Shown here: positions 37,044 to 50,900 of the stretch, one piece after another | Layout of the letters: every line of letters starts with the position of its first letter | Numbering within the stretch: the stretch's first letter is position 1 | Source of the DNA: a virus | Lineage: Duplodnaviria > Caudoviricetes | Direction: 5' to 3' (one strand) | IMG/VR virus record: IMGVR_UViG_3300021255_000109 | Span: 116,779 to 180,778 of that record | DNA length: 64,000 nucleotides | Made by a program: the position numbers and the translations under genes | The notes under the pieces: model-generated | Databases searched by the model: none | Seen by the model: only the letters and a program-made list of their open reading frames with translations | Told to the model about the DNA's origin: nothing

Positions 37044-40000
37044 ATGCTTTATGATTCTGAATTCTTACGAGAATTAGATGAGCAACGAGAAAAGACTGTA
37101 TATGCTCGTATTATATCTCTTGATTTAGAAGAAAATCCTTTACAATAGATTGAAGGTTAGATAACTTCCGGTTCTGTTAATGTTGATGGGAACAGTGCGG
37201 TTCGGCGCACATGTTCCCTATCAATGGTGGCTAAAGATATAAATATTGATGATTACTATTGGGGACTACATACTAAATTTAAATTAGAAATAGGTGTTGA
37301 AAATACTGTGTCTAGACCGCAGCATTTTGAAACATATCCAAATATTATTTGGTTTAAAATGGGAACATATGTAATTACTTCATTTAGCTGTTAGCTGTCA
37401 ACTAATAGTTATACTATTTCTATTCAAGGCAAAGATAAGATGTGCTTATTAAATGGTGATGTTGGTGGCGTAATTAATGCGCGAACTGATTTTGGCACAT
37501 ATGATTATTATGATGCTGAGACTGGTATTACGACTAATAGAAAATATCCTATTAAAAAGATTATTTGGGATGCTGTACATGCTTATGCGAATGAGCCATT
37601 TCATAATATTATTTTAAATGATTTAGATGAATTAGGATTGGAATTGTTAGATTATAAATATGATACTCCAATGTATTTAATTCGTCCAGCGAATACAAAT
37701 GATGTGTATAGCGTAGCACCAACTTTGAATGGTGATATGGAAGTGTTGGTTAATGGCGTAAGTAAGAAAATTTCAGAAGTGAGATTTGAACGTTTAATAG
37801 ACTACTTAGTTAGTGATAGCTACAGTGCAGATAAAATTACTTTGCCGAACTCTGCTAATCCTGAATAGGAATATTTTGTAGCAAAAATAGAGTATGGATA
37901 GACGTGCGGTTACCGCACTTGCGAACTCGTGTATGCAGGCGACCTGATCGCAAATGTTGGTGAAAGTTTAACATCTGTACTAGACAAATTAAAAGCTATG
38001 CTCGGTGAATTTGAATATTTCTATGATCTTGATGGGAGATTTATTTTTTAGCGTAAAAAATGTTTAGTCAATACAGACTGGTCTCCGTAGAGACGTGGAG
38101 AAGATAAACAGCTTTATGTGCAGAGCTTAGCTGAAGCAAGTAATTCAATTTATACATTTAATGGCAGTATTTTAATTTCATCATTTTCAAATAGTCCTAA
38201 TTTAAGTAATTTAAAGAATGATTTTACTGTATGGGGTGAGCGCACTTCTGTAGGAGGAAATAAGTATCCTATTCATATGCGCTATGCCATAGATAATAAA
38301 CCATCATTATATGTTGATTATGATGGTAATGCGTGGACAACAAAAACAATGCAAGAGATTGCAGATGAGAATGGTTTAAAAACTCGTTATGCAACAATGT
38401 ATGACTATTAGAGTTTAATGGATCAATTTGAAAAAGATCCAAGCTTATATCCACAAGGTTTTGATACAAGTAAAGATAATAAATGGTGGAATATGAAGGA
38501 TTGGGCTGAGTATTATGCTATTCTGTTCGGTGAACCACCTGGCAATAAGCATCCTGATGATGAAATGCAATATTACACTAAGTCTTCTAATTATATGCAA
38601 TCTCATGTGCTTAATCTAATTAACGGATTTAGGACTGAATATGGATTACCGGCAGTAATAGACACAGGTAGAGGAACTATATGTTGTGCTATTGGAATTT
38701 GCTCTTGGGAAGGACAGACTTCTGTGGTAGAAATAGCTAGCCATATTGGATGTGTGCATACTTATCAAGAGTGGTTAGATGTGCAATATTATGTAAATGG
38801 CACAGATACTACATCGCCTTATGATCCTACTTATTAGTTCGCAGATGGATATAGCGTACATACTTTAATAGATTATAGTCATCCATTAGCTGAAAATGAA
38901 CAAGTGCCACCTGGGTCAAAGCGCAGAATTGTTACTATTTCTGGCAAAAGATATTTTTATTATCCTAGCACAAGAATTGCTTTAGATGAATATTGGCGAG
39001 AATAGAGAGGACTTATTAAAGCATTTGTATATGCTTGGGATCCTGAAATTCCGCCTGAGCGAGCAGAAAAATATTTAGAAGAACAGATCAAAAAGATTGA
39101 ATATGAAGATCCTTTAGCAGGAAAATATAAGCAAGTAGATTGGCGTGAAATCATTTATCGTATGGCTATTGATTATAGACGTCATAACCATGATGACGAT
39201 TTTGAGGTAGCGCTAGCGAAGCGTAATTATCCATTATATCCGAACGGTGTGACTGGGTATGAGCAATATTATATAGACCTGGAAGGATTTTGGCGTTAGT
39301 TATATTGTCCAATGTTTGATGATGATGAGAAAAAAGGTAATTATGAATTAGAGTTTAAACAATATAATGATATAACTAATAAAAATGATTTGGATAAGAT
39401 TTATGTAAAAGGTGTATATAAGCCATTAGCACAAAAGGTTATAGCTGTTATGGAAGGAAGATAGAAGCCTGGAGATATATTAGGATCAAATGACCGATAT
39501 TATCATAAAGAGAATATTAGGTATTTTATTTCTGAAAATAATGGTTTTACTTTTACTGAGTTTACTCCTGCGGATGATACTGAGTGGGTAGAAAAATGTG
39601 TTGAAGGTAAAGTATATACACGTTAGTTAACCGACTTATCTAATACATTTAAGATTCATCATGGATAGATGCAACCATATGGCAATACAATCAACTTCCT
39701 TGAAGACGGTCATTATTATTTTCTTAAAGTAATGAATTTATCTGATCCATAGAATCCAACATATGAGTTGATTAATGTAAATACAAAATTAACTCCAGAA
39801 CAAAAACTATAGACTTATCATAGCTTAGTAGAAGATGGAGATAATATGGAATTTACATTAGATCGTCATTTGCGCCTGGCGCAAGCCAGATCTTAGCCAT
39901 GGGCAGATTTGTATATATATGACAACAAAACATATTGTATGGCTGACATCGTGTAGAATTCAAGTCTAAAGAATTTATATTATGATTCATCTGCGCAATA

Positions 40001-40715
40001 GATCAAGCAATATTTGTTAGAGTCACCGACCGCACTTAATAGTAACTTAACTGCGGTATTAAAGAAAAACGTTATTTCTTATTATGTAGCTTATATAGAT
40101 TTCTATGTTAACCCTCCTGTATATGAGCTTGATTCAGACACAGGAAAATATAACTTAATTGCTGCGAATGATGGCGAAAAAGTCTGGTGGCATAAAGATG
40201 TTTTCGATTATCCTGATCTTTTGAATTTCTGGTTTGACTTTTTGGAAGGTGATGGCACCCTTAGACAGTTCACAACTAAAGCTGTTGGAGATAGGCCGAA
40301 AGCTGTTAATGAGACAACAATAAAATCTATTTACTATAGAGATACTCCAAAGGTAATTTATTCAACTATGAGTAAATACCAATCTGAAGACTATAAGACA
40401 GGATATAGTTATTTTATTATACCAGATTCTGGTTATGAAAATATGTTTGCGATTTCTCCTCAAGGTATCAGTGCAAAGAATAGGACTGATGAATTGCTTT
40501 ATCAACATTCTTATTGCACTGAAAGTGTGAACCTTACAGCGGTTCCTATTTATTATCTTGAGCCGAATAATCGAGTTTATATTTTTGATGAAAAAACAGG
40601 AATTAATGGATATTATGTAATATCCAAATTATCATATTCATTAGCTTATAATGGTATGATGCAAGTTACGGCGACTAAAGCGCCAGAAAATTCAATTTTG
40701 GAGAGAGAGGAGTAA
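37044..40715 (+). CDS. Baseplate hub / Tal-like tail protein (DUF5048-like; 1223 aa)
   Basis: AAGGAGG RBS; GSVNVDGNSAVRRTCSL, WFKMG.Y, QGKDKMCLLNG..GG, EYFYD.DG.F.F[Q]RK, PIYYLEPNNR, Y.I..LS..L...G.M. Confidence 0.7.
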
Positions 40716-40717
40716 TT

Positions 40718-41068
40718 ATGGCAAGACTAATAAAATAGTTTAGATATTATGGATATACGCCAGAAAATCAATCTTCTAATTATCCTAATGTCGTAACTTA
40801 TGCAGCTTTAGCTACTGGGAATATTTTTGCTGAGTATGCTCCTATAATTCAACTTGGTATTCAAAGCGATCCAGATGTAAAGTTTTATGTTAATAATGGA
40901 TCTACTCCAGTAGCTATTGGTGCGACTGGTATTTATGAGTTAGATTTAGAAGGATTAGGGAGTATATCTTCAATTCGTTTTGATAGAGATTCTTTAAATT
41001 CCATAGACTATGCAAATAAAAGAAATTCTATCTTAATTGATATAATGTATGAAGGAGGTAGCGCATAA
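40718..41068 (+). CDS. Hypothetical baseplate-region protein (116 aa; absent from ORF track)
   Basis: GAGGAG RBS; TAG at codon 7; QLGIQ, IG.TGIYELD; ends TAA overlapping the next ATG. Confidence 0.7.
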
Positions 41069-41991
41069 TGGGTTTTTATGGAAATGTGACGTATTATCTA
41101 AGTAATGCGTTTCAAAGTTTAGTTTATCAAAATGCTAATCTATCTGGCGCTACACCTTCTCCTAGTAATCCAGCTACTGAGTATACAGCCACTCCACGCA
41201 GTAGAAATGATAGAAGTATTCTTGCTCAAGGGAATAAATGGATAATATTTGGTGCTAATGCTGAAGCAATAGGGAATAATACTATTAATATTTATCATAA
41301 GACTTAGCGTGATGATGTTGAGCCAATAACTTTGCCTGTTGAGGTAACATCCAGTAGTGAAAACTTACTTACGCCATCTTTTGGTGCGGTTATTACTATT
41401 CCTACTATTACTTTTGATAATGCAGGACATATTACGGCAGGTACTGTTGCAAATGTGCAATTACCAACTCCGGCGGGCGAAGATGATTTAAACAATATTA
41501 AAAATCGTATCGCAACATTGGAAGAGTATTTAACTGGTACTCATGGTGACGATGGTAGCGGTGAAGGTTCTTCATAGGATCCTGTTGCAGATGTTAATAC
41601 TGAAAATACCTATGGTACAAGAATTGGAACCTTAGAAAAAATTACTGAAGAGTGGGAACGTAAAAAGGGCGCTGGTTATGAAAGTGATCCATTAGAAAGA
41701 TATCGTGAAGAATATGGCATTGGTACTACTTTGCATGATTTAATGGTATTAATTGGACTTAGAGAAGAATCAACAATTACTGTTAATAGTTAGCAAAAAA
41801 AGGTTTATACTCCAAAGCTTAGCGGTTATAGTAATGATTCATTGCTGGGTAAAACTGATACAGCTATATCATTAGCAAGGGCTCAAAGCGCTAATATTTC
41901 TACTAATAGACAAAGTATTCGTGATATCATAACTTACTTAAATGATTAGTTTGAAGCAAATTTATAGCTTCCTGTACCTATAAATAATTAA
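41068..41991 (+). CDS. Hypothetical tail-fibre-associated protein (307 aa)
   Basis: AAGGAGG RBS; MGFYGN start; FDNAGHIT motif; coiled-coil C-terminus; ends TAA. Confidence 0.65.
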
Positions 41992-42022
41992 TGGATGGAA
42001 AAATAAAGAAAGGAGAACTACA

Positions 42023-42844
42023 ATGGCGCGTGTTATTACTGAATACGGTAATTACGTTAAATTCTTGCGTGGTACTCCAAATGCATATCAACAATTAAGT
42101 CCTAAAGATAATGATACATTATATTTTATCAGTGAGACAGACGCTGACCATGGAGTATTATATTTAGGAGAAAAATTAATTAGTGGTGGTATCTCAAGTT
42201 CTACTTCACTTGCAGATTTATAGGACGTATTAATTGGAGCCGGTGTAGAAACTGGCTCTCTTTTATTCTATGATGGTACTTAGTGGGTTGACAAGCCACT
42301 AGATGAAATTTTTGAATTAATTGTTGGTTCAATGGTCGGTGCAACAGCTACTAAGAATGGTAAGACTGGATTAGTGCCGGTTCCATTGGCTGGAATGCAA
42401 GATTTATATTTAAAAGGTGATGGCACATGGAACAATCCATTGGCTTCTATATAGCCTACGGTTAGTCTTCTTATTAGTCAAGTAGGTACTTTAATTGGTA
42501 ATGATACTAATCAAAGTGTACGTGACATCGCTTTAGATGAAGTATCAAAAGTAGTTGCAAATGCTCCAGAAGCTTTTGATACTTTAAAAGAAATTGCTGA
42601 TTATTTAGAAGAACATCCTTCATCAGGTGATGTAGCAGGAAGACTTGCCGCACTTGAGTAGGCTGTTCTTACTCCTACTACTGGTTTGCAAGATCGTATG
42701 GTAGCAGTAGAAAGTAATATGACAAATGTTTCTAATGCTATTTCGACTTTATAGGCAAAAGATAGAACACATGATTAGTAGATCACTAATATTAATCAGA
42801 CGTTAGAAACATTAAAATGGTAGTAGATGATTGTTACAAATTAA
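42023..42844 (+). CDS. Short tail-fibre-like protein (273 aa)
   Basis: AAAGGAG RBS; VKFLRGT...TLYF...LYLG N-terminus; L.DL[Q]DV, GLVP.P, LKGDGTW, APEAFDTLKEIADY fibre motifs; coiled coil. Confidence 0.7.
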
Positions 42845-42865
42845 TAATGATAGGAGGACTTTAAT

Positions 42866-44833
42866 ATGCCTAATCTAACACCTGGAAAGAATATAGGATT
42901 TAAGGTTGGTTTACAGTCTACTGTTAATGATATTATTTCTGGCGCTGCTGGCGCGCCGATAGTGGTCCCTGGATCATTCTATTTGGCAGAAGATACTCAT
43001 AGATTATATGTAGGTAATGACGACCTGACTTTATCTCCTATAAATGAAGGTATTATATTTATTACAAATCAATCTGATTTGCCGACACTGACAACAAGTA
43101 ACATTACACAATATGCTGGACAGCTTTATTATATTACAAGTAGTAATATTTTATGTATGGCCGCAAACACTAATGATCCGACAGGTAATGTGCCACATTG
43201 GGTACAAATTAACCCTGATACATATTTGATGTCTACATCATCTGCAGTTAGCACTTCATTGGCAAATAATGTAGTTACTGTTACAACTCAAGTACAAGAT
43301 ACTATTGGACAATTAGATAATAATAATCGCTTACAACCAGTACATACTGCAAGTGGTCAATTTAAAATTCAAGGTGGAGAAAACGTTACTTTTACAAGAG
43401 ACCAAACTACTGGTACTATTACAATTAGTACACCAAGCGGAGACATTTATCACTTAGATGCGGCTGCATTGGAAGAAGGAAGCGATTCTGGCATTCTTGA
43501 AAACCGTGATAAATATGTTAAATTAGTTTTATCTAGCAATAGTCATCCAGATGAAATAGTTTATTTAACAAAGGGCGATCAAGGTAATATTACTCCAACG
43601 ATGAGTAGCGTCACAGTAGGTGATATTACTTATCCAATAATTAAATTAAATGGTGGCGGTCTTGTTGGTACAACTATTCAATTGGGTATGGATGCCAACG
43701 ATAAGTTAACATTTACTTTAGTTAATGGTAATGATAGAGTAAGTACAAATATTACTCCAACATTAACTTATGGTAAAGCTGTTGACGCAGGCTCTAATAA
43801 AGTTAATAAAGTTGATTTTAATTTAACAGGTAGCGCAAGTACTGGATATACATTAACTGGAGATCTTGATGTTTATACAACTGGTGAAGTTGATGCTTTA
43901 ATTAATCAGCAATTACAAGGATTTGATGCTATGTATTTTGCTGGCACTATTGGATCAGCTGCTGATACATTTGATAATCTTGAAGATCTGTATAATACAG
44001 CTACTGCAACTGCAAAAATTAAATCAGGTGCTACTTTTAAATTTACTCAAACTGTTGGTGGTACATTACCAACAGGTATGACTATAGTAGGGTGGAAAAC
44101 CACAGAAGATGACCATGGACAAACTGGTGCGCAAGTAGGCGATATGCTTATTGTTACCGGTGTTGAAGATACTACAACAGGATATATTGATCCTAAAGCA
44201 AGCACAACTAAGTATACTTACATTCCTGCTGGTGATGATGCTGATATTTATTATACACCAAATTTTGGTATAGGTAAAACATTATCTTTTACAAAGAGCG
44301 GCACTAATGGAGAAATTCATCAAATAAACTTTACTGAAGGTACTGATGTTGTTGTTACTGGTACTGTTTCAGATGGATCTTATGGTGGTAAAAATCAAAC
44401 AATCAATATTGCTCACTCTACAATTACTACAACTCCAACAACTGCATCAGATTTAACTAATGCTGGTCAAAGCCAAGATTATACTGCTGTAACTGGATTG
44501 ACTATTAGCAATGGTCACATTACTGGTTATGAAACACAAAAAATTACTTTAAGTCACTATAGATTAAGTAAAGCAGAAACAAAAGCTGTTGGTGGTACAG
44601 AGACATATGTTGGATCTGGAAAATATTCAGATGTATTCTTTGGAACAGATTATTGGACTGGTGCTTCTGATGGCGCTAATACTATTCAGTTAAATGCTGG
44701 TACTAATGGATACAATAATAAAATGAATTTGAGCTCAAGTACCTTACAATTCTCTATTAATAGTGCGGGCGCAGCTTCTGGTACTGCTACAGCAGCCTCT
44801 GTAGCTATTGATATGGTTTGGGGAAGTTTCTAA
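42866..44833 (+). CDS. Tail fibre / adsorption protein (655 aa, no TAG)
   Basis: AGGAGG RBS; G.FY...DT.RLYVG N-terminal motif; T/G-rich beta structure. Confidence 0.7.
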   Translation: MPNLTPGKNIGFKVGLQSTVNDIISGAAGAPIVVPGSFYLAEDTHRLYVGNDDLTLSPINEGIIFITNQSDLPTLTTSNITQYAGQLYYITSSNILCMAANTNDPTGNVPHWVQINPDTYLMSTSSAVSTSLANNVVTVTTQVQDTIGQLDNNNRLQPVHTASGQFKIQGGENVTFTRDQTTGTITISTPSGDIYHLDAAALEEGSDSGILENRDKYVKLVLSSNSHPDEIVYLTKGDQGNITPTMSSVTVGDITYPIIKLNGGGLVGTTIQLGMDANDKLTFTLVNGNDRVSTNITPTLTYGKAVDAGSNKVNKVDFNLTGSASTGYTLTGDLDVYTTGEVDALINQQLQGFDAMYFAGTIGSAADTFDNLEDLYNTATATAKIKSGATFKFTQTVGGTLPTGMTIVGWKTTEDDHGQTGAQVGDMLIVTGVEDTTTGYIDPKASTTKYTYIPAGDDADIYYTPNFGIGKTLSFTKSGTNGEIHQINFTEGTDVVVTGTVSDGSYGGKNQTINIAHSTITTTPTTASDLTNAGQSQDYTAVTGLTISNGHITGYETQKITLSHYRLSKAETKAVGGTETYVGSGKYSDVFFGTDYWTGASDGANTIQLNAGTNGYNNKMNLSSSTLQFSINSAGAASGTATAASVAIDMVWGSF

Positions 44834-44839
44834 TTAAGA

Positions 44840-44886
44840 GGACAATTTTAATTAAGTATATATTTGTATTTTTTAATTTTTATAGA
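44840..44886 (+). promoter_or_regulatory. Conserved intergenic motif copy 3
   Basis: GGACAA at 44840, TTTTA ending at +35, TAG at +43. Confidence 0.65.
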
Positions 44887-44899
44887 AACGTAAAAACTC

Positions 44900-44930
44900 T
44901 AAGGGGTTAAATTAAATATTTAACCCCTTA
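44900..44930 (+). terminator. 13-bp hairpin (weak terminator or 5' UTR stem)
   Basis: TAAGGGGTTAAAT/ATTTAACCCCTTA; poor U tract. Confidence 0.55.
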
Positions 44931-44958
44931 AATTTATGATAGAAAGGAGAATTCCTTA

Positions 44959-47900
44959 ATGAATGATAGCGGAATCAAGTTTAGACCAGTAATGGGGACT
45001 GAAGATTTCATTAGGAATGCCGAACAATCAAACGGTTGGTTCTATGTTGCAACAGACACAGGTGCTATGTACTTGGATGTTGAAAATAGACGTATCCAAG
45101 TTGGTGGCTAGGGCGGCAGTGGTGGCGGAACCGCAGGATTCGTTTGGGCAAATGGTAATGACACTCAGATTCTGAAATTAGTAGAAGATGATGAAGATTA
45201 TACATATAGTGTTGCCCTTGCCGCAATCGAAGGCGGTGTTGCTCCTAAACCAGATCAATTAATTCTTAATTCAGATGGAAGATTTTTCCGTGTAATAAGA
45301 ATTGATACTGAGGCTGTAGCTGCAATTTGTACTTTAATCGCTGTAAGTGGCAGTGGTGGAGGTGGCGGTGGAACAGTAGTTGAAGAAGACTTAAAAGTCG
45401 CTGTTGATTCTTCAACTTTAGCTCGTAACTTTACTTTAGTTTCTGGTAAAGATTATTATGTTTCTGTAACTGCTACTTCTACTGTTGATGAATATGTATC
45501 TTTATATTTCACTTTTACTGGTGCTAATAATTATACTTATAATAAAACTGTAACCGCAAAAAGTGGTGAGCCTTATTTATTAAATGTAAACTTCTTACCT
45601 CCAAATGATAGTATCACAATGAAGGTTGAAGCTGATTCTGATAATACAAAGATGAAACGACTTCCAGTACGTACTGTATCTGGTGTTAAGGTCGTTGAAA
45701 TGCGTATTCAGAAGGTTTCTACATTTAATACAGCAACTGCGGCAACCGGTAGTGTGGCTGTAGAGTATTACTTGATTGGTGATCCTGCCATGGATGAAAC
45801 ACTTCACGTTGCTGTTGATGATATTGAAGATTTTGAATTACAAAAATCTGATAGAGTAAGTTCAAGTGTTAAGTCAGTTAGTGTACCAAAACAGGTTCAT
45901 GGAACTCATAATGTAACACTTTGGGTTACTACAACTATTCAAGAGACAACTGTAGAAAGTAATAGAATTACTTATGAAATTGCTTGGGTTGATCCAGAAG
46001 ATTTAACACCTATTATTTGGACTGGTGAATATCCTGATACTGTTATTCAGTATGAGCCTTTCACAGTAAAATATCAAGTATATGACCCAACAGCAGTTGC
46101 AGCAAACGATTATTTTACTGTTTATATCCAAAAGAGTGGTGTAAGAATCGCAGAAATCTCAAGAAAATATGAGGCTGGCCAATGGCTAACATTGGACTTA
46201 ACTGAAAGCTATGAAGTTGGTGACAACAACTATACAATTGTGTGCGGAACCGCACAACCTAAAGGAATTAACTTTAATGTTACTACTGTTGGTTCAAGAG
46301 ATTTAGGTATTGCTTAGTCAGAACGTCTAATTATGAATTTATCTTCTACTGGACGTTCAAGTGATGAAATCGCAGCTAATCGTGAAACTTGGGCTGATGG
46401 TGCATATAAAGCTACACTTAATGGTTTCAACTGGTATAACAATGGTTGGAAGAATGATGATGATGGAAATGGCGCTTACTTATCAATCGCCAATGGTGCA
46501 ACAGTAACTATCCCATTCCGTAATTTTGCTACCAACCCAATTGAAGACTTTCAGTTTAATGGTGTAAATAAAAACTACACTTTGGAAGTAAGATTTAGAA
46601 TCAGAAACGTACAAGAATATTCTACACTTGTTACAACTAATCCATACTACTATGTAATGGAAAATGGTATTAAGTCTGAACATGGTGTGCCGATTGCTGA
46701 TATTAAGGCGCAGAATTTAACTGTTGCTGTTGATGAAGATGGTAACTGGTTAATGGACCAATAGTTAACTGAAAAGATCACTAAGACCGAAGAAGGTGTA
46801 TGTTTTAAGGTTTTAAACAATAATAACTATGGTCTTTGCGTTGGTACATAGGAGGCTTATTTCCGTTCACCAGAAGGTACTACTAACGTTCGTTATAAAG
46901 AAGATGAAGTAATTAACTTCTCAGTTGTTGTTTCTAACGCTGATAAATTGGCTTCTATTTACTTAAATGGTATCTTATCAGGATCTTTAAATCTTGGTAA
47001 TGATAGTGCTTTCTATTGCGGTGATACTATCACAATTAATTCAAATTATTGTGATGTTGATATATATAAGATTCGTTTCTTTAATACTGGTTTAACAATG
47101 CCAGAAGTTATTCACAACTATATTTCTGATATTCATGATCTTACTTTGTATGATCAGAACCAGTTAACTAAAGAAGATCCAACATTATTATCTTATACTA
47201 AATTAGTTGAATACAATAAAGCAATGCTTGAAGAGGGCAATATTGATGCTTTATCAATGCCTTATGCAGTAATTGAGATTATTGATAATGCAACTGGTAT
47301 GGTAAATCCAAATGGTGGTTCTCACGCACAAACTGATGACTTGCTACCTTGGAAGAAAGGTAATAATAGATATTGTAAGATTACTTTTGTAAACCCAGTT
47401 CTTGATGCGCTATATAACGCAGGAGAAATTGATGCTGATACTTATGAAACTCATAGTCCATCATATGTATGTATTGGTGCAGATATTAACGTCCAGGGTA
47501 CTTCTTCTCAGGGTTATCCACGTCGTAATTATAAGACAAAGATGAAGTCTGCGGTTAATGCAAAAGACGTAAATAAAGTAGCTCATGATGATTGGGGTTG
47601 GTTCTATACCAATGAAAAATTCATTAATGAAGCTAAGGGCGGCAAAGCTAAATTCAAGAAGTGGAAGCAAGATAATCCGAACTACGGAACTAATAAATTC
47701 ACTTGGAAGATTGACTACATGGAATCTTCAGGTTCATATAATACAGGTTTCGCAAACTTAGTTGGTAATAATATTTATAGTACCCATCCACTTGGTTACT
47801 ATCATATTCCAGATCTTGATACAACAGGTTTACGTTCATCTGTATATGGTTTCCCATGCTTAACATTCCATAAGCACAGTAAGCCATCTGACAACGCAAA

Positions 47901-50900
47901 AGTTGGTACATTACTTGAAGATGAAATTTATGAATATATTGGAAGATATAATATCAATCAGGATAAGGGATCAGATGAATTATTTGGATTCTCTCTTGAA
48001 GATGAACAACCTTATGTTACATTAGAAAGAGAGGTAACAGATCCTGATACTGGTGTTACAACTACAGAATCTTATCATCCTACTATTGCAGATGTGGCTG
48101 AGTGTTGGGAGATGACTGATAACCAAGGTTCTTGGACTTCATTCTCATATCCGGCAGAAGCACAAACCTCTCACTTTAGTACATATACTTCTGATGGAGA
48201 TGGAAAACTTGAAGTGATTCGTCACTATGAGTGCCGTTATCATAAAGATCTTGACTTTATTGAAGTTATCGCAAGCGATGAAGCTCCTTACGATTTAGCT
48301 ACTGTAACAGCTAAGATTAATGATCCAGAAGTAAAAGAGGACGAGCGCGCAATCTGGGAGAGTATTAATACTATTCCTAAGATGAATCAGTTTATCGTCA
48401 ATAAGTGGAGCAACTGGGAGCGTTTCGTAACATGGTGTGATTCTACTGATAGAAGAAAAGCTAATCCTGAACTTGATATTACTCCAATCGAATATGAAGT
48501 TGATGAATTCCCAACCGATATGACTGGTGTTACAACTAGAACAAATGGGGATATTAAATATGCAACATTTACAAAAGATACAGCTGCATATCGTTTACAA
48601 AAGTTTAAGAGCGAATTTAATAAACACTTAAATCTTGAATATTGTACTGTATACTTTGTTATGACTGAATTACTCCTTTGCTATGATTCTCGTGGTAAGA
48701 ACATGATGATGGCATCATATGGTCCTATTGAAGCTGGCGGAGATTATATTTGGTTCCCAATTTTCTATGATATTGATACTCAGTTAGGTTTAAATAACAT
48801 TGGTGCAACTCTTTGGGATTATGATACAGATGCTACTTTAGAGCAAGCATTCTCGACTCCTTCAAGCGTTTTATGGGTTAACTTCTTAGATTGCTTCAAG
48901 GACGAAATTGCTAACAAGTATAGAAATTTACGTTCAGACAGCAAATTAACTTATGAGACTATTGATGGTGCTTATTTATGTAATGCAGCAGTATTTGATT
49001 CATATGCAATGAGAGGTATTCGTCCTATTATTGCTATTGGATTAGATGAGTATTATAAGTATGTAGCTCCTTCAAAGACTGGATATTATAATACTTCTGG
49101 TGCTTTAGTATATGATAATAACTCTTATGCGTATGCGGTAAACGGTGACCGCATGTTATCACGTGAGTTGTTATTACGTAACCGTTTGAATTATATGGAC
49201 TCTTATTGGATTGCTGGAGATTATACTCCAGCAGGAATGGCGCAGGGTGGTGTTCGTATGAGAGCGAACGCAAACAACCAGAGTACATCTGATAAATACC
49301 TGGATAGCGCACGTTTGAGTGAATTACCATCTAACGCATGGAGTGGTGAGGAACTTGCACCTTATCCAATGCCTTATTATGATGCAACACCAAACTTTGA
49401 GGTTACTCCATTCTTAAGCCAATATGTATTCTCTTATAATGATAAACAGCCTTCAAGTAAGCCTGTAAAATATCAGGGTCAACCTGTTTCAGTTATCGCT
49501 GAAGGTGTTGAAGATGGTTATCGTGCTACTCCTGGTATGCCTGAGCAGATCGTTTACTTACCGGCCGAGGATTATATTTCAAGTCTTGGTGATTTAAGTA
49601 CAAAATACTTATCACAGTTTACATTGGCAAATGGTAAGAGAATTCTTGATATTACTATTGGTAGTGATGCTCCTGACTACTTTAACTCATTGTTAGGTGC
49701 GGGAACTGGACAATTTAATATTAATGACTCTAAGTATTTATCTACTGGTAATCAAGCATTGAACCCAAGTAGAAAGACTCTATTAAAGAAGATTAATTTA
49801 ACCAATGTTAAATCTTTACAAGATGCTCTTGATATTAGTGGTTCTGAGAAATTGGTTGAATGTAGAGTATTAGGAACTAAGATTCCTTACGTTACATTCG
49901 CAGAAGGTGCTCCATTAGATTGTATCCACTTACCATGGACTGTAACCAAGATTGACTTAGTCGAAGCAACAAACTTAACAAGAATCTTAACTACTAAACC
50001 AACAGTTTGGTAGAACACAAGAGATAATTATACTGGTCTTTATATCGAAGACTTAACTGATAGTTTAGAGGATGGCGGTCCAATCTTGTATCATACTGAT
50101 GAACAAGGTAATAGACTACCAAATAAGATTAATCGTATTAATATCGTTGGCGGTAAATTAGGTTATGATTCTTATAGATTATTAGACAAGGCCGTTAAGA
50201 TTAAAGACTTTGAAAACGCAGATGGACAAAGACTTCAGATTAACCTTGAAGATGTTGAATGGTCTCCATACGTTATGGTTGAAGCTGGAACATTATATGA
50301 CGCAAATGAAACTTATTACAAGTTAACTGACCACAGTACATTTGTTAGTTATACTCCTGATTTCTCAGATCCAAACGCATGGAATACTGACACATTAAAT
50401 GGTTTAATCTTTACTTACAATGCAAATCCGCAACAGACTTTAATTACTTCTACTGAGTTATTAGATAAGTTTATTGCAGATTACAATCGCGCAAATGCGA
50501 CAGCAGAGAAGAGAAGTCATTATACTAATTTAACTCAATCTTTAGGTTATCCATATTTAACAGGTTCAATTTATATTGCTAATGCTGATTCTCAGTATGC
50601 CGCAATTGAAGAGGAAGATATCACTGAGAAGTATGGTGCAATCTGGAAAAAGTTAAATATTTATGCTGCAAAAGTTAATGAAGCTTATGTTGCTAAGTTC
50701 ATGCACAGAACTGAAAACGGACAAGATAAGCAGATTGACATAAAGAGATATAAACAACAGTCAAATGTGCATCCAGAGATTACCTCTGTGCTTCCTAACT
50801 ATCCAAATTATGATTTCAAAGGATGGAGCTTAGATCCTGCTCATTCTATTGTTGAACAAGCTGATTACGATCGTCTTGTTTCCGAGGGCAAGATTTATGC

